DNA from: Phoronis australis
Lineage: Eukaryota > Animalia > Phoronida
Direction: 5' to 3'
DNA length: 64,000 bases
NCBI GenBank assembly: GCA_002633005.1
Contig: NMRA01000142.1
Coordinates: 478,860-542,859 of the forward strand
The notes under the pieces are model-generated. The model did not search any database and was not told the DNA's origin. It saw nothing but the letters and a program-made list of their open reading frames with translations. How positions within the stretch are numbered: the first letter of the stretch is position 1; each line of letters opens with the position of its first letter. Below are positions 40,224-51,800 of this stretch, piece after piece. Made by a program: the position numbers and the translations under genes.

Positions 40224-42693
40224 GTGAGTTATTGGAAAGCAATGAAAAGCCTTTTCCATAACAATTTGAGTTTAGCTGTACTGTTTATTACACAATAGCA
40301 CATTTGGTGTTCATTTGAACATTTTAAGATGTTGGTCTATGATGTGTGTGTTCATCTTCTCAGCAAGTATCAGTGGAGTAATCCCACCACAGTCCCCAGG
40401 CTTTAACATGATTTGCTTGATGTTGCTCTGTTATCAGATATTAACAACTTGAGCATGATTGCAAAAACGGGAAATACACCCAGTTTCAGAAAACTTAGCA
40501 TTCTACAATCTGACTGAGAAGCCGTATACAGATTGACAGACTCACGGTCTTTTTGGCTTAGTTGCTGGTTTCTGCCCATCCCCAGCTCATTTCATCAAGA
40601 TGTTAACATAGGCGTAGACGTTCTGACAATTGGTTTTGTGTGATGGGTCCTTAGAATTGTCTACTGGTTTTGAATTAGCTTCAGTGTTGACAGATAGTGT
40701 GACAACTACAACCAAAAGAAATGGACATTCTTGTACTAAGCTGACAAGTTTAAGTCTACAATTTCTGGTTTCAGGAAAATGCTATTCAGTTGTCAGTAGT
40801 CAGTTGTACTTTTGTTTATCGTGATATTTATGTGGATTTTTGTTACGACAACTGATGCAATGGGAATTTTTAATTTGTATAAACACCATATCCTCATGCT
40901 ATGGTTCTAGTGTGAGTGAATACTTGAACCAAGTATGTTGATTTGGTTCCAGTGTTATTTCTGATTTCAACTGTAGAGGTACTTTAAAACAAACACTGCT
41001 GAGGTTGGGAATTATTGCTCTTTACTTCTTTTTTGGCCTATTAATATGAATTAGGACATTGTGGGCCCATTGACATGAATTAGGTCAAACCTAATTCATT
41101 TGAATTCTGTTCTTAGGCCATACAGTCTGCACTAGCTTATATTCTGGAAAGAAGAAAATGAAATGAATTCTGAATTTTAAGTACTGTGACAGTTTACTGT
41201 TATATTTTATTAAGAACAATCCGAATTATCTGATGCAGTTATATCCAAGAGTTTCTAAACCTCACATATCACAAAGTTTATTCAGTTATTTGGTATGTTT
41301 AGCCAGAAGATATTTCTCAACCACAGTTTGGCTACATTTCAACAACTTGCAAGTTAACGCCTTTGAGCTTAGGCATTTCTTTATGTGGCAATATCTCATT
41401 AATTCTATGAACATGGAAGTTGTTTTTGTTTATAAACCACCCAATGTGTACACGGATCTGGGCTCCGCCAAATCAGTTACATAAATTATGTAAATGAGGT
41501 GAGAGAAACCTAGAAACGTGGATCTATTTCAAAGTCAATTTTTGGTTTACTCAGTTTTGTAAACATCTTTACTTCTAAGTCATAATTTATTCATTCAACT
41601 CCCTTAACTTGTGAGTGTGATGTATGTATCTTTTTCACAGGAATAGCATTTGATATATTATTTGGTGTTTCCATTTCCAGACCTTCAGTTCAGGGTTAGC
41701 CAATCTGTAGCTCCCTTTAGAATTTACATATTCATGTCGAGTACCTAATGATTTCAGACTGATTCTACAACATCCTTCATCCTGGCCTTTGAATAGGCAC
41801 GTTTTCTGCATGTGCACAAAAGGAATCTTGTGTTTGTCTCACAGTTTTATATCAATCAGTGCTTTGGTTTTTCATGCGTGAAATTGAACTAGAACGTTGA
41901 CCTTGTATACTGGCTGTAACATTTGAAGTAAATAAACTTTGATTTTTGTACTTGCATCTTGTATTTATCAATTTGTAGAGATGTCAGGTGATCTAGCATT
42001 AAAATAATATTATGGAGAAAGTGACGTCACACACAGAAGCATGGTGCAAGACAAACTTTATTGAAATCTATACTTAGACAACACTTCATTCAAATAAAGT
42101 CACGGAAACATTGCGTTTTCACAACTCGTCCAGTCTTCTCGGTATTAATGGGACCTATCAATTTTTTGTTTGAATGAATTTTCTCGCCTCACTAAGGTCA
42201 TAGAACTTGTGGCCGAAAAGCTTATTTGGTTGTGGTCCACGCCTCCATCATAAAGAACAAGAAAGGGCCGGCGGGTATTTGTTATCAAAAAGTTTAGTCT
42301 CAACCTTTTTTCAAAAAGCCTCACCAATCCATAATTATGTTAGTTTTTATGCAGGTGCGTGTCGAATCAACCTTAAATGACTGTGATTTTTGTTTGGGGG
42401 GGAGGGGGCGAAGAAAATATGACCCCCCCCCCTAGCGGCAGCTGTGAAGGCACTCATGAATATCGACAGTCGACATCGATAAAGCAAACGGCAAAAGAGC
42501 ATTCCCGAACCACTTAACCGATGTCATTGATAGCAGGTAACTCATAACAACTAAAAATACAACTTCATCACCGCATCAATTTTCGAAACATTTAGACCAG
42601 TACCAAATGACCTAGTTACATATCCATAGTACTCCTGTTGACAATTTCCGTAGCAGTTTCATGTTATCGATTATTCATTAAAAATGGAACGTT

Positions 42694-42807
42694 TCAAGGT
42701 TTGTTTTTCAATTGAATTTCTTTTACTAACTCCGACTTATACTTGCTCCAGTTTCGCTGACTGTGGATTTCTTGTTTAACATACCGTTGAGAAGGGTAGC
42801 TGATTAC
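42694..42807 (-). CDS. CNBD gene terminal exon
   Basis: VISYPSQRYVKQEIHSQRNWSKYKSELVKEIQLKNKP*. Confidence 0.85.
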   Translation of the reverse strand, partial: VISYPSQRYVKQEIHSQRNWSKYKSELVKEIQLKNKP

Positions 42808-45800
42808 CTGTAGTGGACGGAAAGTAAAGATCAATACGTGAATATATAGATATTACAAATTCAATAACAAAATCAGCATCGCCACCACTTCTGTCTTGAC
42901 ATCATCGCCACCACTGATACTTGCCAGCATCACGTTATCGTGAGTCTTATCCATTGTTATAGTCGTCTTCGTACTCAGTACTACGACGTCAGTTTCGTCA
43001 ATATCGTCATCATTGTCATCATCATCGCCATCACTGTCGTCATTGTAATCGCCATCAACACCAAGAGCAGCAGTTTCAGTCGCTGTTGTGACGTTATCTT
43101 CATCACCATCGTCATTATTGTCTGCCGCCAATTGAAGAGAATATCAATTAATGCTGCTAAACAAATGTAATGGTTACGGTGTTTTCGACACAGTACATTT
43201 CAGTTCTTACCGTTTGTCGATACCAAGAAAAGTCCCTTTAGTTATTTCACCCAAACTCAGCTGTGCCACCTGTATAGTTGTGGACTGCAATTAGTACTAC
43301 AGTTAGTTGAGGATTAGTGCAGTTACACAGCATTATTTTCTTTTAATCATTTAAATGATCAACTCGCATTTAAAATCTGTCAAAAACCGAGATTATCATT
43401 GCGTTAGGACCATCATCCGGTATTTACAAGCCAATCATCGTCCGAAAATGTCCGATTCGTGGACAATTTTATCTCCATCACGAGTTATTGACGCCTAAAG
43501 TAGCTTGCATCATGCCCGATTCATGCGCGCACCCTGACTTTAACATGTGGGGGGGCTCGAATTTCTGGCGATGTGGACCTTTTGCTGACAAAAAAGCGAG
43601 AGGACTAAAAAAAAAACGGGTTGCCACCTTCAGAACTGTGAACTGTGCGTCTGCGCTTTTTAGTGGACTTTTGTCTCGTTTTCTCGGACTTTTTTGTTTC
43701 TCTGAAGCGAACCTTTTTGCCCACTTCGCCAAATGGGAGGGCTCATCCGAGTNCCCTTGGTGCGCGCATGCGATTTATACAAGATGAAAAGCGATTTATA
43801 CTTACTAAATCACTGACTACCCGTAGCACTTTGGCATTGGCTTCCTTGAGAAACAATTTCTTTGAGATCAGAATACATTCCGCTCCGCCGCTCACTAAGG
43901 TAAAGCTTTTGGTTGATTTTTGCAGCATGTTCTCCAGTCCCTAAAAATGTATGACAAATGATAATGTAGGCTTAGAAAATAATTAAACATGAACAGATAT
44001 TTGAAAGCTATAAAAATAATTGGCGCTTTTTCAAATATCTTATTTTTCGAGGAAACGGCAGAGTGCCTTTGATTCCTGGTTTGTAGTCAACGTCTATCTC
44101 TTATATTTAACCATTTTGGTTATCATTCCGCTAAATCCGGAGTATAATTGTCTTCAACATAACGAGACGTGAAATGTGGTACAACTAGATTGTTTCTTGT
44201 CCCATTACTGTTACGAGGCGTGTAACTGCCAACCCTTGTCTAGTGCCACCTGCAGTAGAACCTAGTGGGCGACCTGTCTTTGCAAAGAATTTTGTGCGGT
44301 GCAAAGTTTTTGACAACTGATAACTGCACGCCGAATGACTGGAGAAAGTACACCGCAACATTATGCGTTTTATCAATTAGTGTTTTCCTAATCAAGTTAC
44401 GCCCTCGATCTAGGGAACCGCCAGTTGACAGCGCTGAATCAACTTCTATGTCTCATACTTACGAAAACACCCCCAGCTTGCAACTCCGCTACCTGGGCGT
44501 AGCATAGTTTGCCACTATTCTCTCGTTCCTTGCGTTCACTCTGAAACAATTCAAGAAATTAATTTCGCCTGCGTTACGTAATTTACCACCGGAAATGAAT
44601 TAATGCCATTGCCGTTGCTGAATCATAGCAAAGCACTGAAAAAAACAAGTCAAACTATAATTTTGACAATTCAATAAAAATCACACAACGCCTTTATAAT
44701 TGACGCAGTGTAAAACAAGGCGTAAATACCTGTTTTGACTCTTACAGGATGCTAGAATTATCCATGTACTTATATTTAACCAGAAGGAACACTTACCTCT
44801 CTCTGGCTAGCGAGGGTGGCAGCTGCCGTGACGCGTTTCCAAGTTCGCCCAAATCCCTTTGAAGTAATGCTTCTCTCTGAAGGAGACAATTTGCAACGAA
44901 GAAATTCAGGGTTATATATTTTTCTGAGAGTTCTTTACATTCAGTGAAAACCTATAAGCTTTCCTTACAGGAAGATTTGTAATCTCCACTTAACACTGAA
45001 TGAAAAATTGCTGTAAAAGCCCTCCATAAGAACAACATATCAAGGAGCATTCCTCCCATTTTTGTCTTGAAGTTAGTGAACCAAGTCTTACATTCTCAAC
45101 CAACGAGCAAGTAACCATTATTACAATGTATTGTTCAGAACCAATTTAATGAAATAAAATCGGTCGTACCTTGTTCAGCAATTTTCTCAGCAGTCATACC
45201 AAACCTGTCGGGCGTTGGACCACCCTCTCCGGCGTTCTCGGACAAATGCTTCGCCCAAAAACCGTCAAGCTCACTTACGATGATACCGTCCTGGAAACAT
45301 TACGTCATTATAATTGAAAATGGGAAAGATCGTAACGTGTACTTTAATTTTTAAGCATGAAATTCTAAAAATGATGCCAAGTCTGCGAACTCATCGGTAA
45401 ATACGAAATGTCCAACCCAAATTTAATGCCATGGTAGAGTTCACTAACGTTAAGACCTCGGCTAGGACATCGCTAAAATCTAGCCAAAATCACGTGTTCT
45501 CATTTCAAATACATGGAAATATTTCACTTAATCTCGCGAAGTCTTACTTTTAGGGAACATGGTTTAGTGAGGCTTTAACAAAAAAATCTCAGCAGCATTA
45601 AATTTGCCTTATTATATTGCTTTTATTGCGTCTGATGCTCTTCTCAATTATCTAAATGTTTGTGTTCCGTTTGTCTTGTACGTGAATCACGCTACTTTCG
45701 CGGCGCCCAACAGGTGGGTGTGACTTTTTTAACTTGCCTTTTTTCTTTGCGTCTCCAAATAATCGTACAAGCGCGTCAAACTTGAATGACGTCTAAGCTG

Positions 45801-48800
45801 ATGTCTCCGAGAGCTCTTTGGATCATCTGTCTTCTGAAACAGACATTACCATATAAATTAAACCGTAAATTCTTTATCCCATCCATACATGTGCATTGAA
45901 ACTAAATGCAAACGAAATTGCCTTTGTTCGCCCACCTTCTACGGAAAGCCATTGCGGAATAAATTCCATGACACAAACTTTCTATTCAAGAATTAAATTC
46001 TCTGTAGGACAAAAATGTATTTTAAACCAAAAATTATAGCGCCGTCAGGACCAAAATTTAACACGCCAGGACCGAAACTTTATCACGCCAAGAATCAAAA
46101 TTCATCACGCCAGGACACAAAATTTGTCACGCCAGGACATATAATTTCTTGTCAGGAGAAAATTTCACGCCAGGAAACCACGTGGCAATGAATACCCGCC
46201 GTGTCTCTGTAACATTGCCACGTACTTGTGGATCAGTGGTCGCTGGTCTCCAAGTATGAAATTTTCCTGACGTGTGAAACTTCTGACGTAACAAATTTTG
46301 TGTCCTTGTGGCGTGATAAATTTTTGTTTGAGACGTGATAAATTGGAGAACTTGGGGTGATAAATTTTGGTTTTGAGTATGTTTTTTAGTCCTGGAGATA
46401 ATTTAATTATTGAATAAAAAATTTGTGCCCTGACATTTTTTTTCTGTTTTGGCTTTTCATAATATTCCTATACATGGGTAGTAATCGAACTCAATACCAT
46501 GAACCGAAAACGCTTAACTACCGCCGAGCGAAACCTCACCAAACTCTCCATAAAACTCTTTACGCACACACAATCGCCGCGTACCATTTCTTGTGCAATA
46601 ACTCTGCAGTTCCTCAGCTGTGAGGAATCGTTTACGACCCTGAAATAACATCTTCCACTCTTAACTACGTTTTTTTTACTGCAAATACGACAACGATGTC
46701 TGGTTATGACAGCTTATTACTTTATTACTAGACGACACTCGATCAAACTCCCGTTACATTCACAGTGTTGCTGCTCTTCGGAGGTTCGATGAATATGCAG
46801 GGATTCAGTGAAAATGTACTTACATCACAGATCACTGTTGTGTTTCCAACAAAGTTAACGTATATACCTTTTTCACACAGTCGCCCTTTTAGTAGTGAGC
46901 CTCTTTTTAGATTTAAAGTTAATGCATTTGAGACATGAATATAACGAGGCACGCAAAAAATCACGCTTTGCGCTATATTTAAGCGCAAAATGCATTGTTT
47001 TTAGAACCTCAAAAGAGGCTCAGTTTTATAATGGCGACTGCTTGAATACGGTGTATTGGGACTCAGTTTCGGCAGGTCATACCTTACTTTCCAGTGAGAA
47101 ATCGAACTCTTTAGGAATCACCGTAAGCTTCTTGTGGTCAGTTTCGCCCGTCATTAAGTTGGCCTTCATGACGTCACGTAGTTCTCCCGTTTCCATATCA
47201 AAGCTCATTTCTGTTTTTCAGTGAATATTGATAAATTATAGTCAGAATTTTACTATTCGCGTGTTATTTACAATTTGTAACGAGTCTACCAGAAGTTCTA
47301 GGAGTGGATTCCAAAAAACTGGAACTAGGATCGAAACCTGAGCTCAAGCAATAAAATGCCGCGGTCAGCAATCGGAATTAGGAAACGATATCAACTAAAT
47401 ATAAATCCCATAAGTGACAATAATGTGTTTACTAAGATGGACTTTAGTCGTGCATGAATTAAAGAGGAGTACCCTAAGAAAGGGACGAAAAAAACACGTA
47501 GCCGACATCTCGATCACAGGAAAGATCCCACGTGCATTTTCCTCAAAGTTTCAAAAATTGCGGTTGATCCCTTCAACGACATCGTAAATCCACCAGTGGC
47601 CACAATAAAATTTTATGACAATAACGAAAGAATTGGTAACAATGGAAACTAAAGATAAAATGTACGTACTCGATTTATGTGCATTGTGGTCCCGTTCAAC
47701 TTTATCAGCATACAACGGGAAAATGTCCTTCAACTCGTTCTTGGGGTTAACTACTCTTGCTCGCCTTTTACGTTGAGTTGCAGGTGATTCGCGGAAATTT
47801 GTTATCACTTTGCACATTCCCTTGAAATAATTTTTGCAATGCATGAAGCATTTAACATGTGCATTATAATGGGACAAATCACAAAAGGACAAGTTTCTGT
47901 TAATACTAATTACAATTTCAATTGTACTTCCCCATCAATTACGAACAAATATTAATACTGATAACGACGACAATGGTGATGAAGATGTTTTATATAATGT
48001 ATTGAACCCAGTCAATGTGCTAGATTCAGATCAGTTGAAATCTCAAGAGACACATGCAGTGGTGACAAAATTTTGCAAATCAAACTTACGGATTTGATAA
48101 CCACAACATAGTTTGACTTCCTGCTGTCCTTTACAACAATCATGCCGGTCCTACAACAGGGGAAAGTATTCTGCTCAGAATTTTTCGCAACAACAAACAT
48201 ACTACAACTCCAGCATACTCTGCTAGAATTACCATGCATATTTAAACTTATACGCCAATTTTTTCTTTAAATCCTTTTTATAAAAATATATTGAACACAC
48301 AAAAGTAATATACATTAGCTACACGCTAAACTTTATGCGAGAGGAAAAAAAAATCAAGCTTGCTGTGAAGCCCAGAGTATTCACTCTGCCGTGGCCCGGA
48401 TTCGAACCGGGGTCGAAGCGGCCACAACGCTGCATACTAACCACTATACTACCACGGCTAATTCCGCAAGCTGAAAGGAGGCTGCAATCTAAACTATATC
48501 AACAATTGTAAGCGATAACAGGTCACGTGATTGAATATGGCGTTTTACTTACTTGAAATACTGGTAGAAAAAATGCGTGAGAGCTGTTTTAAACACATCG
48601 CATGGAAAATCTTTGAATAGTTCCATGTTCCTAAAGAAACAATGTACCATTATTCATGCATGGAGAGCCTTTTTGAAAAAAACATGACATTAAATAAAAC
48701 GCGAGCCCCTAACGGACTAGTCTACTAATGATTTTATCGAGAAGACGAGTCCATAATTCTATAAATAGGGGTCAAATAGTGACTATCGGGTAAATTCTAG

Positions 48801-51800
48801 GTACTGGTCAAACAGATGGTCTCGCCCCGAAGTAGTATCGGCACCTGTCGGGCACTGAGGAGGAACGTCATTACATCTCATCCCGTGGTCCGGTTCCTTC
48901 ATGGGTAATCCTCGCGTCACCCGAGTAGCCTACAGTGATGCTTAGCCTGCGCGGCATTCTAGGTGAAAACGCCGTTTACGGATGAGCAGCAAATGACGGG
49001 TTTTCCGCGAAGCCTTCGCCTCAGTCCTAACAAAGATACTATATCTATCTGGGAGTAAATCTTTGGTCCTAACCCGCTCGCTGGCCTCTGTTATGGTGTC
49101 CGTCGCCCGGTGGGCACCAGTGAGTGAACTGTGATTCTGCTCTCACTATCTAGTCCTGTTTCCGCGGTCCCATATGCAGAGACTGGCCACGTATGCCTAC
49201 TTTTTTGCCAGTGTGGGCCACGGCGGCCGGGTCTCTGCGGCACTGGGTGCATACTGACGCCGGACGGCCACTCTGTTAGGGCTTCTAGGGCAGGGAACTT
49301 CTTTACGGAGTTTGACCATAGTCTGCGGGACGCCGGGTAGCAGCCGGAGTGCGGGGCGGGTGGCGACAAGCGGGTGAATGGAACTAGAACCGGAGACTCA
49401 GTTTGACCGGGCCTTGGTTGGTGAAGTTTTCGGGGTATGAGGGGGTGGAACCCGGCGGACTTTTGTATCAAGCTGACTCTGGAACGGGAGACTCAGGTCC
49501 TCGATCGGTTATACACAAGGCTATAGTCCCAAAGTTAGTGCCCTCCGCATCATTCCCGAGGCTTTTCTCGGACTCAGTGAATTTTTCAAAACCAGCTTCA
49601 CAAAGAGAGTCATCTGAACCAACGGTCTCCAAACTAGCTGAGCTGCCACGATTTTGTCACGTACGTTCGCCTGCCTTTGCGCTGGGTGAGGCCAATATCG
49701 CATGCGCGCACCCCGACAGCCTTTATGGGGGTCTCGAACTTGATTTCTGACGATTAGGACCTTTTACTTAGGCTTACAAAAAAGCGGGGTACCACCTTCA
49801 GAGCTGTTGTGCGTTTACGCCTTTTTAGTGGACTTTTGTCTCGTCACTTTCTCTGACTTTTTGTTTCTCCGTCTGAGGCGGACCTTTTTGCCCACTTCGC
49901 CAAATGGGGGGAGGCCGAGGGGCGCGCATGATATGTTTATATATATTTATATACATATATAGTTGGCGTGAGAAAGCCTCCGCCGGGGGACACAGTAAGC
50001 TGTGGGAAACTAAAGCATGCGCGCACCCACGNTTGGCGAATTGGGAAAAAGGTCCTCCCGGCTCGGATAAACAAAAAGTTAGAAAAAACGAGACGAAAGT
50101 CCACTACAAAGGCAGGAATTCTACGCAAATGCATAATTAATAGTTTTGAACGTAGTACCCCTTTTTATCATTTGTTGTAGTCCCCGTTTTTTTCTTAGTC
50201 TACGTCTTGGTTTTTTTGTAAAAGGTACACATTCTCAAAAATTCGAGTCCCCATATATATTGTATTTATTGTCTATTATAGTTACAAGTACAATTAATTC
50301 AAACAGTAATAGATATAACATTCGTAAGAAAGATAAGTACCCAGCCCAGTTTGTGGGCGTATTAGTCACGTTAACAACACAACTCAGATGTACCATATAG
50401 ATGCGATGGTTTCTAAGTTCAAAAGCAGACTTGATATATTTGGCGAATTGCCTAGGGAAATACTGAAACGGCGGTTTTAACGTATCGTCTGAATTCTGCA
50501 AAGTTCGGGACTTGGAGTGAAACACTATTAAATAGACTAGACCTCCGCGAGTTATAAAGGGAACAATCGAACACAGAGTGTAGCTCATCCTCCACAGAAT
50601 CAGAATTACAACACCAACAAAATCTTTCACTTACAGGAGTGTTTACATATCGACCAGTTTCCAAGTGCGGCAATGAGAGATTTTCTTTTCTCAACTGACC
50701 CAAAAGAGATCGCTCGGAATGAGATAAGTTAAGCTGAAGGGTTCAATTAAAAACTCGTGCTTAAATAAAATGTAGGTTCTTAACTTGGGTTTTGTTACAA
50801 CAGACTCAACCAAACATGTTTCGAGTGTTCAAATAGTTTGTTTCTAGCATCTGCTATGTTACAAGTAGTCAAATTTTGAAAACAGGATTGCATGCCAGTC
50901 ATGTAAAACAAGATTTTGATACCGTCTATCCAACAATTTTTAACAACAGAGTACTCCCATAGAAATACCTTTTTCAGTAATTTATCACCACCTGTTGTCA
51001 CTAATTTATTCCAAAGACGAGTCCCACCCAATNNNNNNNNNNNNNNNNNNNNNNNNNNNNNNNNNNNNNNNNNNNNNNNNNNNNNNNNNNNNNNNNNNNN
51101 NNNNNNNNNNNNNNNNNNNNNNNNNNNNNNNNNNNNNNNNNNNNNNNNNNNNNNNNNNNNNNNNNNNNNNNNNNNNNNNNNNNNNNNNNNNNNNNNNNNN
51201 NNNNNNNNNNNNNNNNNNNNNNNNNNNNNNNNNNNNNNNNNNNNNNNNNNNNNNNNNNNNNNNNNNNNNNNNNNNNNNNNNNNNNNNNNNNNNNNNNNNN
51301 NNNNNNNNNNNNNNNNNTGTAAGCGATAACAGGTCACGTGATTGAATATGGCGCTTTACTTACTTGAAATACTGGTAGAAAAAATGCGTGAGAGCTGTTT
51401 TAAACACATCGCATGGAAAATCTTTGAATAGTTCCATGTTCCTAAAGAAACAGTGTACCATTATTCATGCATGGAGAGCCTTTTTGAAAAAAAACATGAC
51501 ATTAAATAAAACGCGAGCCCCTAACGGACTAGTCTACTAATGATTTTATCGAGAAGACGAGTCCATAATTCTATAAATAGGGGTCAAATAGTGACTATCG
51601 GGTAAATTCTAGGTACTGGTCAAACGGATGGTCTCGCCCCGAAGTAGTATCGGCACCTGTCGGGCACTGAGGAGGAACGTCATGACATCTCATCCCGTGG
51701 TCCGGTTCCTTCATGGGTAATCCTCGCGTCACTCGAGTAGCCTACAGTGATGCTTAGCCTGCGAGGCATTCTAGGTGAAAACGCCGTTTACGGATGAGCA

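Noticed and set aside
42853-43131. Acidic 92-aa ORF
   Set aside because: Product of a degenerate trinucleotide tract inside an intron
48895-48975. HDV-like ribozyme around TCCTCGCG
   Set aside because: The P3 and P1 pairings cannot be formed
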